From positions 33,265-97,264 of the forward strand of contig DHEH01000002.1 in assembly GCA_002399785.1 (NCBI GenBank): 64,000 nt of DNA, in the 5' to 3' direction. Shown piece after piece: positions 1-8,441 of the stretch; within the stretch, counting starts at the first letter, position 1, and each line of letters opens with the position of its first letter. Origin of the DNA: Bacillales bacterium UBA4855 (GTDB lineage Bacteria; Bacillota_I; Bacilli_A; RFN20; CAG-826). The notes beneath the pieces are model-generated. The model searched no databases and was not told the DNA's origin. It was given only the letters and a program-made list of their open reading frames with translations. Made by a program: the position numbers and the translations under genes.

Positions 1-1824
1 ATCAGGAACTATTATAGAACCGCTCATGAAATTATGTTGCCCTCTATAATAAGAATCCATATATGATTTAGCTGGAGTATAATTACTATAAAATTCATTG
101 GCAGTTGTAGTTAGATATGGATCACCTGAAGCTTCAACTACGCTAATAGTAAGCTCATTACTACTAATAGAACCAATTGAAGCAACAACTTTAGTTGTGC
201 CAATTTTTAGAGGTGTAATGACATTATTTTTTATTGATATAATGTCACTTTGACCGGTAATCTTATAAATTAAACCACTATCATCTGCATCGCTTGGATT
301 TAATGTGGCTGTTAAAATTGATTCTTCATTTATAGCAATTGAAGTTAAAGAAGCTGTTAAAGTTATGCTTTTTAAATTTGGTTTAACAACGTCGTATTTA
401 CTAACAAATAAAGTAATTGTATTTAATTTTGAATAACAAAGATAACCATCAATATTTATATATGTATTTTCAGGTAAAAACTCGCTACTTTTTAAATCAC
501 AAACTATATTTGTAAATCCGTTAAAATCAAAATATGTTCCACCACTATTTAGTCCGTAATAAACATTATTTAATTTAACATGTTGAATAGAATCTTCATT
601 TTTAAAACTTTCCATCGCTTCTGAAGTGATTTCACTAGCTTCTCCGTCATAATCATTAACAATTGAATTATTAGCTAAATATACAATATCTATATGATTT
701 CCCGTGTCTTTTGTTTCGCCAAAGGTAAAATATGTAGCATTTTCTTCATATGTATAATAACCTCTAAAAATATAAGTTGATCCAACAACAAACTTTGATA
801 AATCTTGATAGACTTTTGTTTCACCATTTCTAACATAACCAAGTTCAACTCCATCAAAAATTATCATCGATGAATAGCTAATATCAACTACTTTTGCTTT
901 AATACTTAAAGCGTCGCCGTTTTTATAGTTTTTAATGTCACTATATTTATTTAAATTAGGTAAGACAAAAGTTCCGCCAAATACATAAGAGTGATTAGCT
1001 TCAGTATTATATGTATATTTTTTAGTAGAATTATTAAATGTAACTTTTTCGAATTCCTGGCCGTCAACACTAACTATTAAATAATCTAAAATATAATCGT
1101 TAGTTGATGATGTACTAATAGTTAATTCATCTGGATTTATATTGTTACCAATGCCGTTATTACCATCACTTCCTAAGACTATAATTACTCCATTAATTAA
1201 ATTTGAAGCTACATTGACTGATGTTTTTGAAGTATCTAAATAAACTCCAATGGTTAAAACATAAGTATATTCTTTTCCTTCCTCATCATTATATTTAATT
1301 GTTAAAGTCGATGTACCGACTTTAACACAACTTAAAATATTAGAATTAGATAAATCTAAAGAGATGGATTCCCCTTCTATTTGAACACTATTCAAGGAAA
1401 CTATTTCGTTATCTAATGTTGCTTTTAGAGATAACGTGTTACCAACAACAGGATTACCTTCATATACAACTTTAAATTCTTTAACTATTTCTTTATCCTT
1501 TAAAATTACTTCGATATTCACGTCATTATTTGGCATTGTAAATGTATATGTTGAAACAAGTTCTAAAGCTACGTTATCTTTAAGAACTTTTCCAATCTCT
1601 TTATTAACATTTAATACATTTATCGAAAATGAGATTTTATCTCCTTTTTTATATCCCTCACTATTAATACCAACGATTTCAAAATCATTACTTTCATTAA
1701 AGATAATATGATGTATATCGCTATTTGTATTACAACTTATTAAACTACTTGAAACTGTAGAAAATAACATAAATGAAGATGACAAAATAAGAAATATTTT
1801 AATTTTTTTATAAGATTTTTTCAT
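1..1824 (-). CDS. Surface lipoprotein, N-terminal 608 codons only (C-terminus lies left of the window); Ig-like (Big_2-type) repeats, one B-repeat-like module, one OB-fold-like module
   Basis: It is absent from the ORF track because it has no stop in the window. I read every codon of this minus-strand frame (codons occupy 3k-2..3k) and found no stop from 1824 down to 1. The ATG is at 1824-1822. The N-terminus MKKSYKKIKIFLILSSSFMLFSTVSSSLISCNT is a signal peptide plus lipobox (LISC). Confidence 0.8.
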   Translation of the reverse strand, partial: MKKSYKKIKIFLILSSSFMLFSTVSSSLISCNTNSDIHHIIFNESNDFEIVGINSEGYKKGDKISFSINVLNVNKEIGKVLKDNVALELVSTYTFTMPNNDVNIEVILKDKEIVKEFKVVYEGNPVVGNTLSLKATLDNEIVSLNSVQIEGESISLDLSNSNILSCVKVGTSTLTIKYNDEEGKEYTYVLTIGVYLDTSKTSVNVASNLINGVIIVLGSDGNNGIGNNINPDELTISTSSTNDYILDYLIVSVDGQEFEKVTFNNSTKKYTYNTEANHSYVFGGTFVLPNLNKYSDIKNYKNGDALSIKAKVVDISYSSMIIFDGVELGYVRNGETKVYQDLSKFVVGSTYIFRGYYTYEENATYFTFGETKDTGNHIDIVYLANNSIVNDYDGEASEITSEAMESFKNEDSIQHVKLNNVYYGLNSGGTYFDFNGFTNIVCDLKSSEFLPENTYINIDGYLCYSKLNTITLFVSKYDVVKPNLKSITLTASLTSIAINEESILTATLNPSDADDSGLIYKITGQSDIISIKNNVITPLKIGTTKVVASIGSISSNELTISVVEASGDPYLTTTANEFYSNYTPAKSYMDSYYRGQHNFMSGSIIVPD

Positions 1825-1889
1825 AAATAAAATTATATAACATATAGTAAACAACGACAAAAAGAAAAAGGCTTTAATCAAACTATTTT

Positions 1890-2175
1890 TCATCAGGAAC
1901 TGTGCATCTATATACAGCGACAGCATTTCTAAAAACAAGTGAACTAATAAATTATGGTATCGTGAAAAATTGAATTATAAATATTAAAGATAGCGTGTTA
2001 ATGATTAGAAACTACACCGCATTCTTAGATGTAATCCAATATATGGTCCATTATTTACTGCTTTTACGAATATATTATTCTGCTCTTAATATATTTCTTC
2101 TATTTTTTGGCGCAAACACCGTGTGATACTTACAATTCCAACATGTGTGTGCTAAACTTAATTGTCGATTGACAT
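1890..2175 (-). pseudogene. Decayed IS200/IS605-family Y1 transposase (tnpA) remnant
   Basis: Minus-strand translation of about 2165-2085 reads VNRQLSLAHTCWNCKYHTVFAPKNRRNILRAE*. This matches the conserved IS200 TnpA N-terminus as I recall it (SLAHTxWNCKYHIVFAPKYRR). The SD AAGGAG (2180-2185) and ATG (2175-2173) are 1 nt out of frame with it. Downstream, the same frame carries several in-frame stops but keeps faint IS200-like spacing (TIP*FISSLVF versus IPPKMSVSSFM). The left boundary is approximate. Confidence 0.6.
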
Positions 2176-2258
2176 ATGACTCCTTTCTTAAATTGCGTTG
2201 GTCCGCATATTTATTGTAAAGGAGTCTTTGTTTTGGCAAAAATATAAGTTTTTTTGAA

Positions 2259-2281
2259 CCCCCTGACTATCAGGGGGTTTT
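2259..2281 (+). terminator. GC-rich hairpin CCCCCTGA-cta-TCAGGGGG followed by TTTT; terminator-like, or alternatively a subterminal hairpin of the IS200-like remnant
   Basis: A perfect 8-bp stem (2259-2266 with 2270-2277) has a 3-nt loop and T4 at 2278-2281. It is also preceded by a T7 run. It sits about 85 nt upstream of the remnant tnpA start. Confidence 0.45.
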
Positions 2282-2320
2282 GACTCAATATCACTCCACG
2301 TTGTCTTCGTGATTTCTTAT

Positions 2321-2356
2321 ACAAAAAGAAGGAATATTGATATTCAATATTCCTTC
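2321..2356 (-). terminator. Rho-independent terminator of the 941-aa lipoprotein gene
   Basis: A perfect 13-bp stem GAAGGAATATTGA/TCAATATTCCTTC (2328-2340 with 2344-2356) has a 3-nt loop. On the minus strand it is followed by TTTTTGT. It lies 55 nt after the stop at 2412. Confidence 0.75.
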
Positions 2357-2411
2357 AAATTTAATGTCTATAAGCCGACATAATTATTTTGAAAGTTCAA
2401 TAAACTTTATA

Positions 2412-5237
2412 CTAATAAACTATGGTACAACTAACCCATCCAATTTGGTTTGCTTCTGTAGCTTCTATAGAAATAAATTTCGTGCCATTTAATGAAGATA
2501 AGTCATAAGACATTCCAACACTTCCAAAGACCGCATCCTGAGTTTCTCCAACTTTTGAAGCGGTTTCAGATGTTTCACCGGCAGTAACATTAATTTTTTG
2601 TGTTTTAGTTGTCCATTGTTCAAAAACAATCTTAAAACTTTTAACATCTTTTGAAGTTGCTAAACTAACAATTGCATTTTTTGAAACTGGAACATCTGTA
2701 ATAGTGCCGGCTTGCTTGTTATGTTTACTATACGTCACTTCAACACCATCAAAAGTATCGTTATGAAGAGCATATGAGCTGGTCCAGTCTTTAAATGTGC
2801 CAGAACCAAAATTAATTGTTTGGATGTCTGCAACAACATTAGTTATAGTTATATTAATAGCTTCACTAGTTAAAGTGTTTTCTTCAAGAATAGTTTTTGC
2901 AACAACTTTTACAGTTCCTGCAGCTACACCTGTAACAATATTTCCACTTATTGTTGCGAATGTAGAACCTTCAGTTATTTCATATGTAACTGTTCCTAAA
3001 ACAGCATCGCTTGGAAAAGCAGTTGCACTCAAAGTAGCTTTTCCACCAATACCTATAGACGTAACGTCACTAACACAAGTCAAACCAGTTAAGACTGGTG
3101 TTGTTTCAATAGCTTTAGTAACCAAAACGTTAACATAACCATTATTATAAATTACATATCCTTCTAAAGTGTATTTGCGTCCATTAGCAACGGTAACACC
3201 TTCTGCTAATTGTATACTTCCCTTTTCAAAAGTTCCAACACTAAAGTTTTTGTAATTTCCGCTTACAGTTACATTTGCATTTGCAATAGAAACTAAAGTA
3301 GCTGGACCATTTTTAAATGCAGCTAATTCAGTATCAGTCCATGCTGCAGGTGTTCCAGCATCAGGAGCAGCAATTGCATCAGTAGCAGCTGATTCAACTA
3401 CACTAGCAGTAATTGTGTCAGGAGTATTTTTATCAATTGTAACACCATATTTAGAGCTGTAGTAACCAATAATATCATATGTTTTACCAACTTCTTTATT
3501 GGCGATAGTAGCAGCAGCTCCACTAAATCCTTGATAAACAAAACCATAATTTGTTCCATCAAAGATAACGGCTCCATTATCAACCTTTTGAATTAAAACA
3601 CCTCTAATCCAAATTTTATCATTATTCTCATATGAGCTAAATTCAGTAAACTTTGCAGGAACATCTAATGCAAATGTTGCTCCAAATACATAAGATTTAC
3701 CATTTTCAGTTTTATAGGAATATTTATCTTTTTCGGCTTTAATATTAATAGCATCACCACCGTCGATCTTAACATAAACTGCTCTAATAACATAGCCCTC
3801 AGCAGGTGTAGCAGTAACTTCAACTATAGCAACTGGAATATCTGTTCCGGCAACCGGTGAAATAGCAACTGTACCATTTGTTATTCCAGTTTCAACTGAT
3901 GTTGTGGCAGTAGCAACTACGGACGTAACAGTAATAGCGACAGCTTCACTTGTTACACCATTTGATGTAATGGTGATATTGGTAGTACCAGCTGATAAAG
4001 CCTTAAGCATTCCAGTTTCGCTAACACTAGCAACTGCAGGTGCACTACTTGTCCAAGTAACTGGGTTTCCAGCAGCTTCAGCAGGTCCAATACTATACTT
4101 CAATTGTTCAAATTCATTAATATTAAACGATGTCTTGCTTGGAGCAGTAATTGTGAGTGTATCAACATCAGCAACAACGACTTCTATACTATTAGCAATC
4201 ATATTAAAATACTTATTACCAGAATTATAACCAGTAATTGTTCCTTTAATAGTATAACTTGCGCCATCAGCACAATTATTCCAAATTGCTAACATTGCAT
4301 CTGTAGAGTGAGCAATATTTAATAAATTATTTGTAGAGGCAGCACCTTCAATAACAAACAAATTTGTTTTGTCATTAGTCTTTGATTTTATAAATTTAAC
4401 TGTAGCAGTAATTGAAACTGGATCAATAAATTCATCAACTGTATTAGCAGGTGATTTGTAAGCTTCTGTATGAGCATAATAGGCATCAAATTTAGCAGCA
4501 TCATAAGCTGTAAGTGCTGGAGCTGTGATTTTTTCATCAAACAAGACAGCTGAACATTCCTTAAATTCAATAACACCATAATAGTTAGTTATTAAACCAG
4601 TTACACCAATGACTTTTCCAACTTCTGCTTGAGCAAGTGATATCGAATCAGTGCCAGTAAATGATCCATAGACAAGAAGAAAATCTGTGCCATCACTAAT
4701 AACAATATTGCCTTCCATAGAGTTACTTACAACAACACCTTTTACACTGTGTTTTTTTGTGGATGTTGTACTATTAGCAGCAATCTCAGTAAGAGCAGCT
4801 GTTTTTAAAGCAGAAAAAGTTTCGTATACAATTACATCTTTTGGAGATGCTGTTATTGCAACAGTATCAGTTTTTCCACCACCAGCAACAGTAATTGTGG
4901 CTGTTCCGGCTTTGTTAATTTTTAATTTCTTACCTAATACACTAATAACAGTAGCGTCACTTGTAGTAATAGTAATATCACCATTTGTAATAGCTGTACT
5001 GACATTTACAGCTGCATCATCTTTATCTGTAGCAGTAATGGCAATATCACGATCATCATCGCCGACTTTCCACTCAGCTTGTAAATCTGTTTTGTTAGAA
5101 ATAGCTAACGAATTATAAACAAGTTCTTCGACAGGGGTTTCGCTTGGTGAACAAGCAGCTAAACCACCAACGGCAATAGCACTAAATACTAATAACGAAC
5201 TAGCAATTAAAGCGCCCTTAAACTTTCTTTTAGACAT
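2412..5237 (-). CDS. Giant surface lipoprotein (941 aa) with Big_2-type Ig repeats and three OB-fold-like modules; possible nucleic-acid-binding adhesin
   Basis: The ORF track gives 941 aa, with SD AAAGGAGGAA upstream of the ATG. The signal peptide has lipobox LAAC (..AVGGLAACSP). Big_2-like segments are present (e.g. VTWTSSAPAVASVSETGMLKALSAGTTNITITS). There are also OB-like segments (VKGVVVSNSMEGNIVISDGTDFLLVYGSF..GKVIGVTGLITNYYGVIEFKE). The functional guess is inference. Confidence 0.85.
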   Translation of the reverse strand: MSKRKFKGALIASSLLVFSAIAVGGLAACSPSETPVEELVYNSLAISNKTDLQAEWKVGDDDRDIAITATDKDDAAVNVSTAITNGDITITTSDATVISVLGKKLKINKAGTATITVAGGGKTDTVAITASPKDVIVYETFSALKTAALTEIAANSTTSTKKHSVKGVVVSNSMEGNIVISDGTDFLLVYGSFTGTDSISLAQAEVGKVIGVTGLITNYYGVIEFKECSAVLFDEKITAPALTAYDAAKFDAYYAHTEAYKSPANTVDEFIDPVSITATVKFIKSKTNDKTNLFVIEGAASTNNLLNIAHSTDAMLAIWNNCADGASYTIKGTITGYNSGNKYFNMIANSIEVVVADVDTLTITAPSKTSFNINEFEQLKYSIGPAEAAGNPVTWTSSAPAVASVSETGMLKALSAGTTNITITSNGVTSEAVAITVTSVVATATTSVETGITNGTVAISPVAGTDIPVAIVEVTATPAEGYVIRAVYVKIDGGDAINIKAEKDKYSYKTENGKSYVFGATFALDVPAKFTEFSSYENNDKIWIRGVLIQKVDNGAVIFDGTNYGFVYQGFSGAAATIANKEVGKTYDIIGYYSSKYGVTIDKNTPDTITASVVESAATDAIAAPDAGTPAAWTDTELAAFKNGPATLVSIANANVTVSGNYKNFSVGTFEKGSIQLAEGVTVANGRKYTLEGYVIYNNGYVNVLVTKAIETTPVLTGLTCVSDVTSIGIGGKATLSATAFPSDAVLGTVTYEITEGSTFATISGNIVTGVAAGTVKVVAKTILEENTLTSEAINITITNVVADIQTINFGSGTFKDWTSSYALHNDTFDGVEVTYSKHNKQAGTITDVPVSKNAIVSLATSKDVKSFKIVFEQWTTKTQKINVTAGETSETASKVGETQDAVFGSVGMSYDLSSLNGTKFISIEATEANQIGWVSCTIVY

Positions 5238-5312
5238 ATAATTTCCTCCTTTTAAAATGAATTAAACTGTCTATATTAAACATTCTTAATAAAAATATAG
5301 AATGATTTAAAC

Positions 5313-5777
5313 TTATTGAACAAATACTCCGTTTTGAATATCACGAAGCAAATTGGTATATTTTTTATTCTTTTTAATACCTAAGAATAAAGAAACAAGA
5401 CCAAACGATGTTGATGCAATGCCTAACACCAACAAAACCATGAAAACATAGAATTCAGTACAATTGGTAACTAAACTTCCGCCAGCATTAGCTTTAAATG
5501 ACATCATAAAAAACATAATGCAAACACAAAGTAAAATTACCCCTATAACTAAAAAGGACATACCACGATTCATAGTGTTTCTACTACGATGAATTTCGGC
5601 ATGACCAGCTCTACTTAAAGCTTTAACTTCTTCTTCATTCAAATCAGTTTTGATGAGTTTACCACAGCGAGGGCAAACGAAAACATCAATAGTTGAAGAA
5701 TTTTTAGTCGAATCATTCTTCTTACCTTTTTCGATTTCTTTTTCTTTTAAATCATATCCACAATTTGAACAGTACAT
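5313..5777 (-). CDS. Small membrane protein with N-terminal double zinc ribbon (two CxxC pairs) and two TM helices
   Basis: The sequence shows MYCSNCGYDL ... VCPRCGKLI, then hydrophobic stretches MSFLVIGVILLCVCIMFFMMSF and FYVFMVLLVLGIASTSFGLVSLFLGI. SD TAGGAGA lies upstream. Confidence 0.75.
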   Translation of the reverse strand: MYCSNCGYDLKEKEIEKGKKNDSTKNSSTIDVFVCPRCGKLIKTDLNEEEVKALSRAGHAEIHRSRNTMNRGMSFLVIGVILLCVCIMFFMMSFKANAGGSLVTNCTEFYVFMVLLVLGIASTSFGLVSLFLGIKKNKKYTNLLRDIQNGVFVQ

Positions 5778-5829
5778 ATTGTATCTCCTATTATATCAAA
5801 AATTTATATACTCATTAATTAAATTTAGA

Positions 5830-6972
5830 TTAAGAATATATATTAATCTTTTTATCTACGGCCGTTTCATAGCCATATTCAAAGTAGTTAAAATATAAAA
5901 CGTCTTTATAATACATCGTTTCATATTCGTTATATGTTGAAAATTTTGCTAATCCGTTAAGAACTAATTCAAAATTTAACAACCTATATGACACTAAATC
6001 CTTGCTTGGGTCGGTTGTATACCAAACATAACCTAACAAACGATCATAATTCTCACGTAAAGCGAAATCTTTATTAGACTGAACGATAACTGATGTTGCA
6101 CTTTTTAATTTATCATCAGTAAATTTTTTGGCAGCATCTCCGTAAGGTTCAGCTCCACTTCCGTGATCAATCTCTGGCGTATCAATTAGTAAATATCTAA
6201 CTTTTTGTGTTCCAGTACCAACATTTGCTGAACTTGGAAATTTAAAGTAAGTGGTGTCTCCATCAACATAAGAACTTATGGTGACATTAACGTAACCGCC
6301 ATATGGCTTATCGTTTTCACTATATTTTTGATTACCATAAACTTCTTCACTAAGTCGAGGTCCAGAAATAATTTCTTCTTGAGTTAAAGGTGCGTTTAAA
6401 TTACCTAAATAATTCTTATTTTCTGCTTTAATTTTAATAAAATTTAAATTATCAAATTTATGATTCGAAACTTGCTTTTCTTTTAAGCGAACCATCGAAT
6501 GATTATTTAGATAAGAAACATTGATTTTTTTATACCCAACACAATCAATTAATTTATTTTCTTTATCAAGTAATTCGATATAATTTCTTCCGTAAATCAC
6601 GTCAGCATCGAGATTAATTACAGTGTTAATGTTATCTTGATAATAAACGTTTTCGTTAGTTTTAAAAATAACAAGTTTGTTTTTTGAAATTATTTCATCT
6701 TTAAAAGTATAGAATTTTTCAACACCTTTAGAATTATAAAAATTAACTGTAAATCCATGTAAAGAAATTTCGTTTTCACTAGTCGAACCTAGTTCTAAAA
6801 CGCCATCTTCTAAAGATGATCCAACAAAGAGTTCAGATATAAAAATGTTTTCAATGTTTGAAGGTGTTGTTGTTTCATCATCATTAACATTATTTGTATT
6901 GCAAGCGGAAAGCAAAAGCGTTCCGCTTGCAAGTATTAATATTAATTTGCCGTTAAATAAACTTCTCTTCAT
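5830..6972 (-). CDS. Lipoprotein nuclease: lamin-tail-like (LTD) N-domain plus staphylococcal nuclease (SNase/thermonuclease) domain
   Basis: The lipobox is LSAC. The SNase signature reads VDGDTTYFKF..VRYLLIDTPE..AEPYGDAAKKFT..YDRLLGYVWY (compare S. aureus nuclease DGDT..R.LLVDTPE..YG.EA..F..YGR.LAY). The N-terminal IFISELFVGSSLEDGVLELGS..LHGFTV resembles an LTD domain, which I hold with lower confidence. Confidence 0.85.
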   Translation of the reverse strand: MKRSLFNGKLILILASGTLLLSACNTNNVNDDETTTPSNIENIFISELFVGSSLEDGVLELGSTSENEISLHGFTVNFYNSKGVEKFYTFKDEIISKNKLVIFKTNENVYYQDNINTVINLDADVIYGRNYIELLDKENKLIDCVGYKKINVSYLNNHSMVRLKEKQVSNHKFDNLNFIKIKAENKNYLGNLNAPLTQEEIISGPRLSEEVYGNQKYSENDKPYGGYVNVTISSYVDGDTTYFKFPSSANVGTGTQKVRYLLIDTPEIDHGSGAEPYGDAAKKFTDDKLKSATSVIVQSNKDFALRENYDRLLGYVWYTTDPSKDLVSYRLLNFELVLNGLAKFSTYNEYETMYYKDVLYFNYFEYGYETAVDKKINIYS

Positions 6973-6974
6973 GA

Positions 6975-8429
6975 TTAGCTAACTAAAACAATATCATTTG
7001 AATCACGAGCAACAAATTGCAATTTAATTTCTCCACTTGTTGTTTTTCTGTAGGTTAAAATACCTGTTAATTTCAATGTATGTCCTTTATATTCGGAAAT
7101 ATCTTTCCATTTTGTAAGTGAATCGTTAGGATCTGGTTGATATAAGAATGGAACATAAACTGTAAATTTATTGCTAGCACTATTACTATTAGTGTATAAG
7201 GTAGTTTCAATTCCATCGGTAGAAGTATAACCACCAGTAACATAGATATCATCAGTAAGTGTAATAGGCGAGAATAAATAATCAGCTGGTGTTCCACTAG
7301 CAAATCCTGCTAAATCAGAAACACCGGTTTCGAACGTATGTAATTCATATTCTTCAGGAATATCGGCAGCTTTATAGATAACTTTAGCATCGCGTTCATC
7401 AGTAGGAGAAGCTTTTGGGAAGTTATAAACACTGGTTATTTGAAAACCAAAATTTTCGCTTTGAAGAGCTAATCCACATAATTGAATGTAAGTATTAGGA
7501 ATCATATATTTACTTGGGATAGAACTCATTCCACAGAAAACATTGATACCAGCATATGAGACTTTGCCAGTGACATCATCAGTAAATGACGATTGTAAAT
7601 ATAAAATATGATTGGTGAAACCAGCAACAGTTCCTCTAATTCTTACTTTCTTATTATTAAAAGCATTTTCATGAGTTGAATCTTTAATGGTTTTGATAAC
7701 TTCATCTCTTATTTCAAGAAGAGAAGTATCTTGATAATCGCCATAGTTATAATCTGGATCATCTTTACCACTAAATAAATTTAATTTTAAAGCTTTAGCT
7801 TGAGCTTCGGCATCATAAAAAGTTGTAGCAAAAGTAGGGAATTTATCAACTGCTTTTACATAACTGAAACCTTCTTGAACAATCCAAAGGTTCAATAAAT
7901 ATAAATCGGTATATGGTGCATCCTTTACTTCAGTATTAATCCATATCATCGATAAATATCTAGAACCAGTAGAATCGGTTTCGGGAGCAGCATAAGCATC
8001 TAACGAGGTTGATGTTACAACAACTGTTCCATTTTCAACAGCGGCAGCAATTTTATCATGTGTAAATTGCTTTGCACCGTTTCCATAAGGTTCAACTTGA
8101 CCAGTAGATTCAGGAGTATCAATTCCATAATATCTAGATTTGATCATAGTGGTTGTGCCACCTAATGGAATAAAGTGAGTTGTATCACCATCGATATAAC
8201 CAGATTCTTTAACAGTAACTTGAGTGATTCCATCGGTATAGAAATCTCTTATTTTACCGCTATCATCTTTGTAATCGTGAGTTAAACGAACATCTTTGCT
8301 AGTGTGAACGTAATCAATCTTATTAGAATCATCCGTTCCAGGTTTATTTGTAGTGTCACAACTAACAAGTAAGGAAGTTGAAACAATAACGGCTCCTAAT
8401 AAACTAAATAATAATTTTGTCTTTTTCAT
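6975..8429 (-). CDS. Lipoprotein nuclease: SNase/thermonuclease domain followed by OB-fold-like C-terminal region
   Basis: The lipobox is LVSC. SNase motifs read YIDGDTTHFIP..SRYYGIDTPES..VEPYGNGAKQFT..GSRYLSMIWIN. The OB-like stretch is VRIRGTVAGFTNHILYLQSS. Its stop abuts the next gene (6975 versus 6972). Confidence 0.85.
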   Translation of the reverse strand: MKKTKLLFSLLGAVIVSTSLLVSCDTTNKPGTDDSNKIDYVHTSKDVRLTHDYKDDSGKIRDFYTDGITQVTVKESGYIDGDTTHFIPLGGTTTMIKSRYYGIDTPESTGQVEPYGNGAKQFTHDKIAAAVENGTVVVTSTSLDAYAAPETDSTGSRYLSMIWINTEVKDAPYTDLYLLNLWIVQEGFSYVKAVDKFPTFATTFYDAEAQAKALKLNLFSGKDDPDYNYGDYQDTSLLEIRDEVIKTIKDSTHENAFNNKKVRIRGTVAGFTNHILYLQSSFTDDVTGKVSYAGINVFCGMSSIPSKYMIPNTYIQLCGLALQSENFGFQITSVYNFPKASPTDERDAKVIYKAADIPEEYELHTFETGVSDLAGFASGTPADYLFSPITLTDDIYVTGGYTSTDGIETTLYTNSNSASNKFTVYVPFLYQPDPNDSLTKWKDISEYKGHTLKLTGILTYRKTTSGEIKLQFVARDSNDIVLVS

Positions 8430-8441
8430 AAAAACTCCAAA

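Noticed and set aside
1-1901. The 10-mer ATCAGGAACT occurs at 1-10 and at 1892-1901. I considered it as possible element boundaries or a target-site duplication for the IS200 remnant.
   Set aside because: A single 10-nt match in 64 kb is within chance expectation. The first copy is inside a coding region. IS200/IS605 elements do not make target-site duplications.
2797-5118. ORFs on the strand opposite to the long genes. Examples are 2797-3138, 3904-4230, 4687-5118, 9570-10110, 20075-20656, 43052-43969, 45534-46052, 55284-55580 and 58222-58482. I considered whether these were real overlapping genes.
   Set aside because: They lie fully inside well-supported genes on the other strand and have no RBS. 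They translate to low-complexity L/I/V/S/T-rich strings typical of antisense frames in AT-rich DNA.
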